The notes below the pieces were generated by a model. That model was not told the DNA's origin, made no database searches, and saw only the letters and a list, made by a program, of their open reading frames with translations. A program made the translations under genes and the position numbers. Shown one piece after another: positions 19,004 through 29,707 of a stretch of DNA of 64,000 nt (position 1 is the stretch's first letter; every line of letters starts with the position of its first letter). The stretch lies in the IMG/VR virus record IMGVR_UViG_3300033571_009404, positions 1 to 64,000 of that record, one strand, 5' to 3'.

Positions 19004-19210
19004 TAGCCTATAGTGTGTTGAGAAGAGAAATATCTTGAAGACGAGTGCCAGAATTGGTATATGGAACCGATAGCTACATGCTTGTGGTGCATGGATGTTG
19101 ATCGGTGAGTCGGTGGAGCACCACTGATCGGCTGTCATTGGCCGGACGCTAAGCGCAATTGGGGATTCGCATTCCCCCTCAGAGAGCAATGACCATACTT
19201 CGAGAGGCTA
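19004..19210 (+). ncRNA. Candidate structured non-coding RNA of unknown family
   Basis: No + ORF of 60 aa or more in the 276-bp gap; ends pair (TAGCCT/AGGCTA, AGTGTG/CATACT) and enclose several nested stems; followed by a terminator. Confidence 0.55.
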
Positions 19211-19212
19211 CA

Positions 19213-19246
19213 AAAAGCGGGAGGATTCGTCCTCTCGTTTTATGCC
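19213..19246 (+). terminator. Terminator hairpin followed by TTATGCC tag
   Basis: AAAAGCGGGAGGA-TTCG-TCCTCTCGTTTT then ATGCC. Confidence 0.75.
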
Positions 19247-19268
19247 CTTAACCTAAAAAGGAAAACAA

Positions 19269-19937
19269 ATGGGCCACTACAATTACCACGCATCTAAGTT
19301 CAAAATCAAGAAAGAGACGCCACCTGAAGTCATGGGTATACTGAACAGTCTCTTCGCACATGACCCTGATTACGAAGAATTCATCAAGGATCCGTCTAAC
19401 GATGTCTTGATTGATCGTAACTCCACGGTCTATAACTACAGAGAGTTTTGGCGTTTCTTCCAAGGCAATAGCGTCGGTATGTCTTGCAATGGTTGGCGGG
19501 TCAAAGAAGACATGGGTGACCATTGGTTGTTCGAGTCTCGTTCCAACTGCAAATACCAGAGTGGTATGGACATCTCGATCTGTGAATTCTTCTCCAAGCT
19601 CAAGCCGTGGTTGATCGCTGAAGAAGGTGATATCCTTCATCGCCAGATCTTTGAATCGGCTAACCGTGAAACACTCTTCTGTATCAAAGATGGAGAGGTT
19701 CAGATCGATACCAAGTCGGGATGTCGTTACGAGGTGGACTACGAGTATGTCTTAGATGATCGTCATCCCGTGCGACATGAGGATCTCTCTGATGATATTA
19801 ACATGAGTCCTTTGGGTCGTGGTCGCAATAATCCGAGCAACTGGATGCCGCCCTGGACAGTGAAAGAATTAGCACCCATCAATGAAGAGTTCGAAAAGAA
19901 TAAGCGCGGGCAGGCGGACTCTCATTGGGGTTTCTAA
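19269..19937 (+). CDS. Hypothetical protein
   Basis: AAGGA SD. Confidence 0.8.
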   Translation: MGHYNYHASKFKIKKETPPEVMGILNSLFAHDPDYEEFIKDPSNDVLIDRNSTVYNYREFWRFFQGNSVGMSCNGWRVKEDMGDHWLFESRSNCKYQSGMDISICEFFSKLKPWLIAEEGDILHRQIFESANRETLFCIKDGEVQIDTKSGCRYEVDYEYVLDDRHPVRHEDLSDDINMSPLGRGRNNPSNWMPPWTVKELAPINEEFEKNKRGQADSHWGF

Positions 19938-19963
19938 GAAACAGTATTTAAAAGGAAGAAGTA

Positions 19964-20209
19964 ATGCAAATTCCCCCTCATTGGAACCATGTCTCCAGTC
20001 GTAGTGAGACTGCTACTCGTGTGATGGTCGCACTGGGTGTATATGAGACTTACAAGAATGTCATCGAAGAAGCTTACGAGTACTTCGAAGATCAACTCTG
20101 GAACAAACACATGGAGTTAGGTGAAGTCCAGTTGTTGCTGAAGAACAACAAGGAAGAACTGGTCAAGTTATTTACTGAGCAAAAAGCCAGTAAGTGCCTT
20201 GTCAACTAA
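19964..20209 (+). CDS. Hypothetical protein
   Basis: AAGGA SD. Confidence 0.7.
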   Translation: MQIPPHWNHVSSRSETATRVMVALGVYETYKNVIEEAYEYFEDQLWNKHMELGEVQLLLKNNKEELVKLFTEQKASKCLVN

Positions 20210-20218
20210 GGAGTTATC

Positions 20219-20482
20219 ATGCTGCTGTATCGTGGTGTGGTCGTAGGGTCTTCTGATCTGTATACAGCGCTACGTGAAAAGAAGAAGGAAGCTGCAAGAG
20301 ATATCTTCAAGGACACGAAGCGACGTTATGAAGAGTTGTATTCGAAAGAAGACCGAGAGTGGTTCGATAAGAAATCCCAAGAGGGATGGCCTATGGACCT
20401 GATGAGGAAAAAGAAAGAGGAAGATGAAGATGCAATCATTGATCTACTCGCTCGTTTCCTTAAAATGAAAAAGAAAGGATAG
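20219..20482 (+). CDS. Charged hypothetical protein
   Basis: AAGGAG SD. Confidence 0.7.
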   Translation: MLLYRGVVVGSSDLYTALREKKKEAARDIFKDTKRRYEELYSKEDREWFDKKSQEGWPMDLMRKKKEEDEDAIIDLLARFLKMKKKG

Positions 20483-20485
20483 GTC

Positions 20486-21097
20486 ATGATTACCGTTAAG
20501 CGATACGTGCCAGGCTTTGTTGACATTGATGAAGAAGAGAAGGTTCCGACCAATGTCGATTGCCCCGTAGAGATTTTGAAGATTCCATTCGTTGCTCGAT
20601 TGTTTACCGAAGGCTTCAGTCTCACAGTCAAGAAGTATCCTGAAGAAGAACGAATTCATCTGAAGGCTATGTTAGTGAACGACGAGGCTTCGCATACTGT
20701 TGCTTTCATCAATGGTGTTAGCATCAGTGAATTGCTTACTGTATTTCCCATCGAAGAACTCACGTTTAAAGAACGTGCTGTACGAAACGTTATAACCCCA
20801 CTTACCATCAACATACTGGATAACGATGGGCGTTCCGGATTGCTCTTTTTATCCATCCAGCAGCAGTGGGGTATGCCTGGTGATAAATTAGATTGGGCGA
20901 TTGAAGTATTGAAAGAAGTCATCAGTAACAGTCCTCCATACGAAGGTTATGAGATCGTCAATATCTTCGACCTTGAAGTACATCTGAAGACTGGTAAACA
21001 TTACAGTTTGGAAGTTAGTGCTACAGTGCAGGGTATGAGCAGCGGACAGTCACTTGCTTTTCAACATCGCGTCACTGTTAACTTTCTGAAAGGATAA
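20486..21097 (+). CDS. Hypothetical protein (paralog of 21101/16600)
   Basis: MITVKRYVPG...EILKIPFV; PPYEGYEI...QHRVTVNF. Confidence 0.8.
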   Translation: MITVKRYVPGFVDIDEEEKVPTNVDCPVEILKIPFVARLFTEGFSLTVKKYPEEERIHLKAMLVNDEASHTVAFINGVSISELLTVFPIEELTFKERAVRNVITPLTINILDNDGRSGLLFLSIQQQWGMPGDKLDWAIEVLKEVISNSPPYEGYEIVNIFDLEVHLKTGKHYSLEVSATVQGMSSGQSLAFQHRVTVNFLKG

Positions 21098-21100
21098 ATC

Positions 21101-21829
21101 GTGATTCAAATTCGTCGTTATGTAGCGGGTGATTACGATCCCCGCACAGGTCCACTGCATTTCGCAGTGCAGACCCCACAGGAAATCCTGCAACAACCAT
21201 TCATTCGTAGCGTCGTCGAAGAAGATGGCTTCGTCTTGAAGTTCACTGACGATGGTCAAGGTCGCATCATCATTCAAGGTGAGTGCCCGATGTCCAAACA
21301 ACGCAAGATCGTTGCTGTGGTTGAAGGTACTAACGTTGATGAGATGAAGAAAATCATGCCGTACCTTCAGCATACCTTGGCTACCATTGCTGAACGTAAC
21401 CGTATTGCACCGGTGGAGATTCGTTACGAGCCGCCGTCGATTGACTTCCTCGAACGTTTCATGGATAGCTTTGTAGCAGCTGTCCGTTATAACGACTACA
21501 AGGGTGTGGCGCATCTCATCAAGAATGAGATCCTGAAGAACTCTCCAGTCTTCATCGGTTACACGGTATACGAAGCCATGAAGTTCGCTATGTCTTTGAA
21601 CACTCGTGGCAACGGTATTGAACTGGTGGTGCTGTGTGGTGTTCATGCATGTCGTAACGGTCTGAAGGTAGAAGAGTTCATGTTCTCTCAAGAAGTGAAG
21701 ATCACTTTCGGTACGATGCCACATGCTGAGAAGGAACCGACTGCAGCACCACGGACAGCAGTCCAAGAGACATCGCTGATCGACACCCCCATCGTCTCGT
21801 CTGGACTGCACTCGAATCTGGCACTCTAG
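21101..21829 (+). CDS. Hypothetical protein (paralog of 20486/16600)
   Basis: GTG start after AAGGA; MIQIRRYVAG...EILQQPFI; SPVFIGYTV...SQEVKITF. Confidence 0.8.
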   Translation: MIQIRRYVAGDYDPRTGPLHFAVQTPQEILQQPFIRSVVEEDGFVLKFTDDGQGRIIIQGECPMSKQRKIVAVVEGTNVDEMKKIMPYLQHTLATIAERNRIAPVEIRYEPPSIDFLERFMDSFVAAVRYNDYKGVAHLIKNEILKNSPVFIGYTVYEAMKFAMSLNTRGNGIELVVLCGVHACRNGLKVEEFMFSQEVKITFGTMPHAEKEPTAAPRTAVQETSLIDTPIVSSGLHSNLAL

Positions 21830-21873
21830 TCAGATTTTAAAGAAGTCAACGATCAGTATGTAAAGGAGTAGTA

Positions 21874-22332
21874 ATGGGTATTTGTCCAACTGTAGATTTG
21901 AGAAGTTTAGATGCATTCTTGAAAAATCGCGGTATGGCGTTTGGTGAGTCGCGCTATGGTGATAAAGACTATCAGTTGATGATCTCGCATAGCGTGAAAC
22001 ACGCCCACAGCGTCATCGATACTGAAAATGAATCAGGTGATGGATTCTCGTGGGTTGATGACTATTATGGAAGTAATCCCATTTCCATGTATCTCACCGG
22101 ACCCAATCTCCTGACATGCTTGCGAGAAGCTAACCGTCGTGCTTATGCGATTCAGTCGGTAGGTGTGAAGGAATGGGAAGATCTGATGGGTGAATTTAAT
22201 CAACTCTTCTATCTCGCTTGCAATAGTTTCCGAGAAGGCGTGTCTCGTAAACCCATTAGTCCAGAGCTTCAAGCTAAACGCGATGATTATGCGCAACGCA
22301 TGGAAAAAGCACTGAGAACATTTATCTATTAA
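21874..22332 (+). CDS. Hypothetical protein (paralog of 17533)
   Basis: AAGGAG SD; LDAFLKNRG...RYG...YYGSNPISMY. Confidence 0.75.
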   Translation: MGICPTVDLRSLDAFLKNRGMAFGESRYGDKDYQLMISHSVKHAHSVIDTENESGDGFSWVDDYYGSNPISMYLTGPNLLTCLREANRRAYAIQSVGVKEWEDLMGEFNQLFYLACNSFREGVSRKPISPELQAKRDDYAQRMEKALRTFIY

Positions 22333-22343
22333 GGAATAAAACA

Positions 22344-23399
22344 ATGCAACAATATTTAGCCGTCATGCGTGACATCCGTGAGAACGGGGAATGGAAAGAA
22401 AACCGCACTGGCATTCGCACCCTGATGATCGATGGTGCTATGGCACGCTACGATCTGCGTAAAGGCTTTCCTGCCGTAACCACTAAGAAGCTGGCATGGA
22501 ATGCCGTTAAGGGTGAGCTGTGCGGTTTCCTGCGCGGTTTCACCAGCGCTGCTGACTTCCGTGACTTCGGTTGTCGCGTCTGGGATCAAAATGCAAATGA
22601 AAACAAGCAATGGCTGGACAATCCTTTCCGTAAGGGCACTGATCATCTGGGTCCGGTCTATGGTGCTCAATGGCGTAACTGGAAAGCTTACAAGAAGATC
22701 AATGACTATTCACAGAACGCTACTAACATCGCACACAAGTTGATCAAAGAAGACGGCTGGGAATCCATTGTCGACGATGCTGAAAACATTGACTTCGCTA
22801 TCTACTACAAGGAGATCGATCAGATCCGTGAATGTATCACCAAGATCTTCAAGGATCCTGACAACCGTCGCAACATCTTCCACGCCTGGAACTTCGCTGA
22901 ACTGGATGAGATGGCTCTGGTACCGTGCCACCTGCTGTACCAGTTCCTGCCGAACAAGGATACCAAGGAAATGTCGCTGGTCATGTACCAACGCAGCTGC
23001 GACTACTTCCTGGGCGTGCCGTTCAATGTGGCGTCGGCTTCTCTGTTGTTGGAGATCGTCTGTCACCTGACTGGCTACAAGCCTAAGAACTTCGTTCACT
23101 TCATGGCTGATGTACATCTTTACGAAAACCATCTGGATCAAGTTGATGAACAGCTGTCGCGTGAACCGCTCCCACTGCCGACTTTGAAGATCACGGGTCT
23201 GAAGTCCTACGATGAGATCTACAAGCAAGCTTTCATCGAACGTCCGCCGCGTGATGGTGTATATCCGGCAGGATACGATCCTCAAGCAGACACCATGATC
23301 GATCTGGTCATGAAGGAAATCGACAACCTCCACCCCGACATGTTCGAGTTGGAGAACTATCAACATCACGCCGCTATCAAAGCACCGATGGCAGTCTAA
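22344..23399 (+). CDS. thyA: Thymidylate synthase
   Basis: NRTG, FPAVTTKK, GPVYGAQWR, MALVPCH, YQRSCD, GVPFN, HLYENH, C-terminal APMAV. Confidence 0.97.
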   Translation: MQQYLAVMRDIRENGEWKENRTGIRTLMIDGAMARYDLRKGFPAVTTKKLAWNAVKGELCGFLRGFTSAADFRDFGCRVWDQNANENKQWLDNPFRKGTDHLGPVYGAQWRNWKAYKKINDYSQNATNIAHKLIKEDGWESIVDDAENIDFAIYYKEIDQIRECITKIFKDPDNRRNIFHAWNFAELDEMALVPCHLLYQFLPNKDTKEMSLVMYQRSCDYFLGVPFNVASASLLLEIVCHLTGYKPKNFVHFMADVHLYENHLDQVDEQLSREPLPLPTLKITGLKSYDEIYKQAFIERPPRDGVYPAGYDPQADTMIDLVMKEIDNLHPDMFELENYQHHAAIKAPMAV

Positions 23400-23438
23400 G
23401 GGTACGTGTTCGATTGGTGTTAAAAGATAGGAGTTAAT

Positions 23439-23819
23439 ATGGGGGTTCTTATCCAGGTCTCCAAATTTAATGCTGATTACTTCGATGACAACTTCATATA
23501 CGACGGATACAATAATCGAGTGTTGGATTTTGATGCAGCGCATCGTGCACTTGATGGCGTGAAGTCTGAGTTTTCCAATTACACACGTAGTCAGGCAATT
23601 ATTGAGAATGTTCTCTTTGTCCTGTCTGGCGTTCGTTGTTGGAGTAATGTTAGTCCAATGTGTTACGAACTAACTAAGGAAAACTTATTGGAATTGAAGC
23701 AGTGTATGCCTGAAGGATATACTGATAATCTGTGGGATGACTTCTTAGAAGACGTAGATGAAATTTTGTCTAAGTTAGAAAAATCTGATCATTACGTCTT
23801 CACAATTGACTGGGGTTAA
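23439..23819 (+). CDS. Hypothetical protein
   Basis: AGGAG SD. Confidence 0.7.
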   Translation: MGVLIQVSKFNADYFDDNFIYDGYNNRVLDFDAAHRALDGVKSEFSNYTRSQAIIENVLFVLSGVRCWSNVSPMCYELTKENLLELKQCMPEGYTDNLWDDFLEDVDEILSKLEKSDHYVFTIDWG

Positions 23820-23820
23820 T

Positions 23821-23854
23821 AGGATGGAGGGTGTAATGCCCTCCGTCTTATGAC
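23821..23854. terminator. Hairpin followed by TTATGAC tag
   Basis: AGGATGGAGGGTG-TAA-TGCCCTCCGTCTT then ATGAC. Confidence 0.65.
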
Positions 23855-23868
23855 TGAAAGAATTCAAG

Positions 23869-24351
23869 ATGAACATTCGTATTGAACAAGCAGTAAATCT
23901 GGATCGCTGCGATGAATTCAGTCAGGTCTACGATCATTACTGGCGTGAAAATAGTCCAGATGAAGAAAGTGCTGCAGATACAGCAGCTGTCGCGTTTAAG
24001 AATTACCTTGCCAGTCCAGACAAGTATCGGTCTTTCTTCTTGATTGACGGTGATACTAATGCGATCGTTGGCTTTGCTAACATCCACATTAACGTAGAGT
24101 TCTGCTCCTATGAACATGCGGTGTATGTAGCTGACCTATATGTTGCTCCGGAGTATCGGTATTACGGATTAGCAACACGAATGATAAACCATCTAGTAGA
24201 ACTCTGCCAGCAAAATAACTGGAAGAAACTCTACTGGGTAACAGTATTGGAAAATGCTGAAGTAGAAGGTATTTGTACCAGACTTGCGAAGAGAAGAACG
24301 CATGTCTGGTATGAAATTCCAGTTCTGTATCAAGATCCAATTGATGAATAA
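23869..24351 (+). CDS. GNAT family acetyltransferase
   Basis: IVGFA, DLYVAPEYRYYGLATRMI (acetyl-CoA motif A), LYWVT..N. Confidence 0.85.
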   Translation: MNIRIEQAVNLDRCDEFSQVYDHYWRENSPDEESAADTAAVAFKNYLASPDKYRSFFLIDGDTNAIVGFANIHINVEFCSYEHAVYVADLYVAPEYRYYGLATRMINHLVELCQQNNWKKLYWVTVLENAEVEGICTRLAKRRTHVWYEIPVLYQDPIDE

Positions 24352-24363
24352 AATAGTTCTTAA

Positions 24364-26846
<2,483 letters not shown>

Positions 26847-26848
26847 AT

Positions 26849-27040
26849 ATGGCTGATGAAGTACCAGATCGTCCTGATTCACCGTGTGTAGCGGTTTGCA
26901 CCACAACCTTCGATCCCGTTTGTCGTGGTTGTGGGAGAACCGTTTACGAGGCTGCGAATTGGGTAGCAATGACTCCAGAAGAAAAGGAAGTCGTATGGAA
27001 AAGGATAACGTTACAAGGTTTCCCGAAAAGAAACCCGTAG
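26849..27040 (+). CDS. DUF1289-like Cys-rich protein
   Basis: SPCVAVC...CRGCGRT..E...W..MTPEEK..VW. Confidence 0.85.
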   Translation: MADEVPDRPDSPCVAVCTTTFDPVCRGCGRTVYEAANWVAMTPEEKEVVWKRITLQGFPKRNP

Positions 27041-27354
27041 TAAAAGAGAAGGGATCATTGGACTGGGTGGATACTCCGGTACGTCGTGATTACTTTGTTG
27101 AACCGCCAACGGTTGCGATGACTATGATGTCCACCGTTAGTCCAGCTGCATTGAAAGCAGCTAAGCAGCGGGTATTGGCTAGACGTCGTGCAAAGGTAAT
27201 AAGAGACCTGAAGCTCAATGAAGGGTTGGAGCACCACATCGTAGCACAAGGTCAACTCCAGATCAATGAAATGATCAGGAAGAAAGAAGAACGCGGTGAG
27301 AAGCACGGTATGGAGTATTACCTTATGCTTCAGCTTGTAGTTGACAATACCTAA
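26995..27354 (+). CDS. Hypothetical protein
   Basis: AAGGA SD before ATG 26995; overlaps the upstream gene. Confidence 0.6.
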   Translation: MEKDNVTRFPEKKPVVKEKGSLDWVDTPVRRDYFVEPPTVAMTMMSTVSPAALKAAKQRVLARRRAKVIRDLKLNEGLEHHIVAQGQLQINEMIRKKEERGEKHGMEYYLMLQLVVDNT

Positions 27355-27388
27355 AAAGCCAGTAAAATAGTGGATTCTAAATAATTTC

Positions 27389-27410
27389 AGATCTATATAA
27401 CTGGCTTGAG
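27389..27410 (+). promoter_or_regulatory. Putative phage early promoter motif
   Basis: AGATCTATATAACTGGCTTGAG. Confidence 0.55.
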
Positions 27411-27433
27411 TAGTAAGAGAAGTAAAGTTTCAA

Positions 27434-27466
27434 AGAGGTAATTTGGGCTCCTCTATTCTAGCCCAA
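27434..27466 (+). promoter_or_regulatory. Predicted H-type RNA pseudoknot in 5' leader
   Basis: AGAGG/CCTCT and TTGGGCT/AGCCCAA interleaved stems ending 4 nt before the AAGGAG SD. Confidence 0.5.
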
Positions 27467-27482
27467 CCATAAGGAGTTACGC

Positions 27483-27866
27483 ATGCAATTCGAAAGCATG
27501 GTCAGGAAGCCTGAAGAAATCATTCCAGGGAATATTCTCTGGCGGGTTCAAGTCACTCTGAATGAAGACGGTAGCGTAAATGTTGCCGCCCCATACAAAG
27601 TGATTCCTCGCACTGAAGCTAAGCAACTGTCGGATACTCAATATTTCGTCGGTATCCGTAACGTCATGGGCGGATTCATTATCCCTCTCGCCCTGGACGC
27701 ATTTGCTGTTGGTCACAGTGAGGATTCAGATGAGTTTCGGTTCACTCATTCCCGGTTGTTCCGCAAACGTAAGGATGCGATCAACTACGGGCGTGAGATG
27801 CAATCCTATCAACCTCCCTTAGAAGAAATGAAGTATCATTTCACCATCAAAGGAGATGAAAAGTGA
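27483..27866 (+). CDS. Hypothetical protein
   Basis: AAGGAG SD. Confidence 0.75.
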   Translation: MQFESMVRKPEEIIPGNILWRVQVTLNEDGSVNVAAPYKVIPRTEAKQLSDTQYFVGIRNVMGGFIIPLALDAFAVGHSEDSDEFRFTHSRLFRKRKDAINYGREMQSYQPPLEEMKYHFTIKGDEK

Positions 27867-29566
27867 AAGCACCGAAACCCAAGTCAGAACCCATCAAGGA
27901 TTTCATGACAATGGCGCAAGTCATTGGCAAAGACACCCTGCCTGAAACATCCCAAAACAACAAGGAGCAACAAGCTATGCAAATGCAATCGAATGTGAAC
28001 ATCATCGACACCGACTTCGTCAACCGCGACTGGCTGTGCCGTATCGATCCTGATGCCGAGATGCAAGCCAACATCGTGAATCTGATGGCAGACCGCCGTC
28101 CGTTCACGGTCAAGGAAATCGGCGACGTCTTCGAATTCTTCGGCGACGCTGGTGATCGTGTGAAGTCCGCGCATGTCATGCTGCAGATGAATGCCAAGGG
28201 TTTCTTCAAGACCGTCTCCGGTGGCAACATCGAGATGTACATCCTGAAGGATCGTTTGCCTGGCATGGATCGCCCGAAGCAACCGAAGCTGTTCCGTACT
28301 CCTGATTACTTCGATCGTGATCCGATCGGCGAGATCAAGCGTGCTGATGGCGTCGACATGGCGATCTTCAAGATCCTGTTGTCCGATGGCGAAAAGCGCA
28401 CCGCACAAGAACTGCGTGCTCTGCTCTATCCCTTCGGCTTCACGGCTAATGAAATCTCTGGCAAGCTGAAGACCCTGATGCTGGGGTCCAGTGGCGATGT
28501 CTGGATCGAACGCATCCAACGTGGTTCCGATGTCTGGTACACGGTCAAGAAGGGCTGGAACCTGGCTCGCTTCATCAAGGCACGCAAGGGCAAGCCATCC
28601 GTCGTTTACACGGGTGACGAGCCGGAACTGCCTGCAGCAAAGATCGATGACAAGCAAGAGTCTCTGACTCCGGCAGTCACCGGTCGTGCTGGTACGCACG
28701 TGTCTGTCAGCGAAGTTCAAGCTGCATCTCAGGAGGAAGCTGTGGAAACCAACCAAGTCGACCTGGTCGTGACTGCCAAGGACACGATGGATCAAGCGAT
28801 CTGGAAGGTTACGCAAGACCGCGCAACCTACCTGGTCTCTGAAGTCGCTGCTCTGATCGAAGACTTCGGCTTCAACAAGGGCACTGTCGGTGTGCGCATG
28901 GCCAAGCTGGCTGAAATGGGTTGGTTCACGCGTACTCCTGAGGGTCGTGCTTTCAAGTACACCATGGTGGAAGGTACTGCTTTCCCTATGGCGCAACTTG
29001 AAGTGGTCAAGCCGACTTCGCAAGTTCAGTCTGAACCTGCTGAAGGTAACAAGGTCGAAACCAAGGCACAAGAAGCCATCGTCACCACCAAGGCCGGTCC
29101 GAAGGTCGTGGCTCTGGATGAAGTCCAGAAACCGCGTATCAGCGTGACCGAACTGGCTCAAGAACTGGATGTGACGCCTACTGGCCTGATGTTCTACATC
29201 AAGTCGCGCGGTTTCACCGGTGTCCTGGACATCGATACCCAGTTGACCATCGAACACGCTGCTGCATTGCGTGTTAACTTCAACAAGAACGATGCAAAGG
29301 AAATCGATATGGGTACTGTCACCAATCTGGCAGATGCAGTGAAGAACGACCAAGAACAACCGGCTCTGTTCACCATGATCGTCCAGATCAAGGGTGTGAA
29401 CTTCAGCCTGGTTGAACTGAAGGAACTGACTGTGGAACTGGACGAAGCCATTTCGTTCCTGACCAAGGTCAAGTCCCTGGATGCGAAGATCACCATCAAG
29501 ACCATCCCGCTGTCGCTGGATGAAATGAAGGAACTCGCAGAACGCATCCGCGAACTGAAGCTGTAA
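27863..29566 (+). CDS. Multi-domain nucleic-acid-binding protein: three winged-helix-like repeats plus an IF2_N-like domain
   Basis: Repeats of form D.AI.K...D......E...L...GF....; RISVTELAQELDVTP; alternative start ATG 27977 has an AAGGAG SD. Confidence 0.7.
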   Translation: MKAPKPKSEPIKDFMTMAQVIGKDTLPETSQNNKEQQAMQMQSNVNIIDTDFVNRDWLCRIDPDAEMQANIVNLMADRRPFTVKEIGDVFEFFGDAGDRVKSAHVMLQMNAKGFFKTVSGGNIEMYILKDRLPGMDRPKQPKLFRTPDYFDRDPIGEIKRADGVDMAIFKILLSDGEKRTAQELRALLYPFGFTANEISGKLKTLMLGSSGDVWIERIQRGSDVWYTVKKGWNLARFIKARKGKPSVVYTGDEPELPAAKIDDKQESLTPAVTGRAGTHVSVSEVQAASQEEAVETNQVDLVVTAKDTMDQAIWKVTQDRATYLVSEVAALIEDFGFNKGTVGVRMAKLAEMGWFTRTPEGRAFKYTMVEGTAFPMAQLEVVKPTSQVQSEPAEGNKVETKAQEAIVTTKAGPKVVALDEVQKPRISVTELAQELDVTPTGLMFYIKSRGFTGVLDIDTQLTIEHAAALRVNFNKNDAKEIDMGTVTNLADAVKNDQEQPALFTMIVQIKGVNFSLVELKELTVELDEAISFLTKVKSLDAKITIKTIPLSLDEMKELAERIRELKL

Positions 29567-29568
29567 CA

Positions 29569-29650
29569 GGCATAACTGACTGAGCTAGCTAGGATAGAAT
29601 CTTAATTGATTCTATCCTAGCTGCTCTTTCTCTTATGTCTTTTTTTTTTT
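29569..29650 (+). terminator. Long hairpin terminator tagged on both sides
   Basis: GGCATAA...15-bp perfect stem AGCTAGGATAGAATC/GATTCTATCCTAGCT...TTATGTC then T11. Confidence 0.8.
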
Positions 29651-29707
29651 GATGTGAAATTTACAGACTTGCTATATGGTCTGACTAATAACCTAGAAGG
29701 AGTCACT

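Noticed and set aside
19134-19195. Canonical tRNA gene within the structured region
   Set aside because: Too short, no D-arm or anticodon arm in proper register, the T-loop lacks the conserved A58 and G53-C61, and no NCCA follows the 7-bp stem; kept only as part of the ncRNA candidate
22344-23399. ThyA homolog as a DNA-modifying dCMP hydroxymethylase
   Set aside because: It retains the dUMP-specifying Asn (GVPFN) and all canonical ThyA motifs including the C-terminal MAV
27434-27466. preQ1-I riboswitch (AGAGG...CCUCU stem is similar)
   Set aside because: The loop lacks the conserved ligand-binding residues, the 3' tail is not A-rich, and no queuosine genes follow
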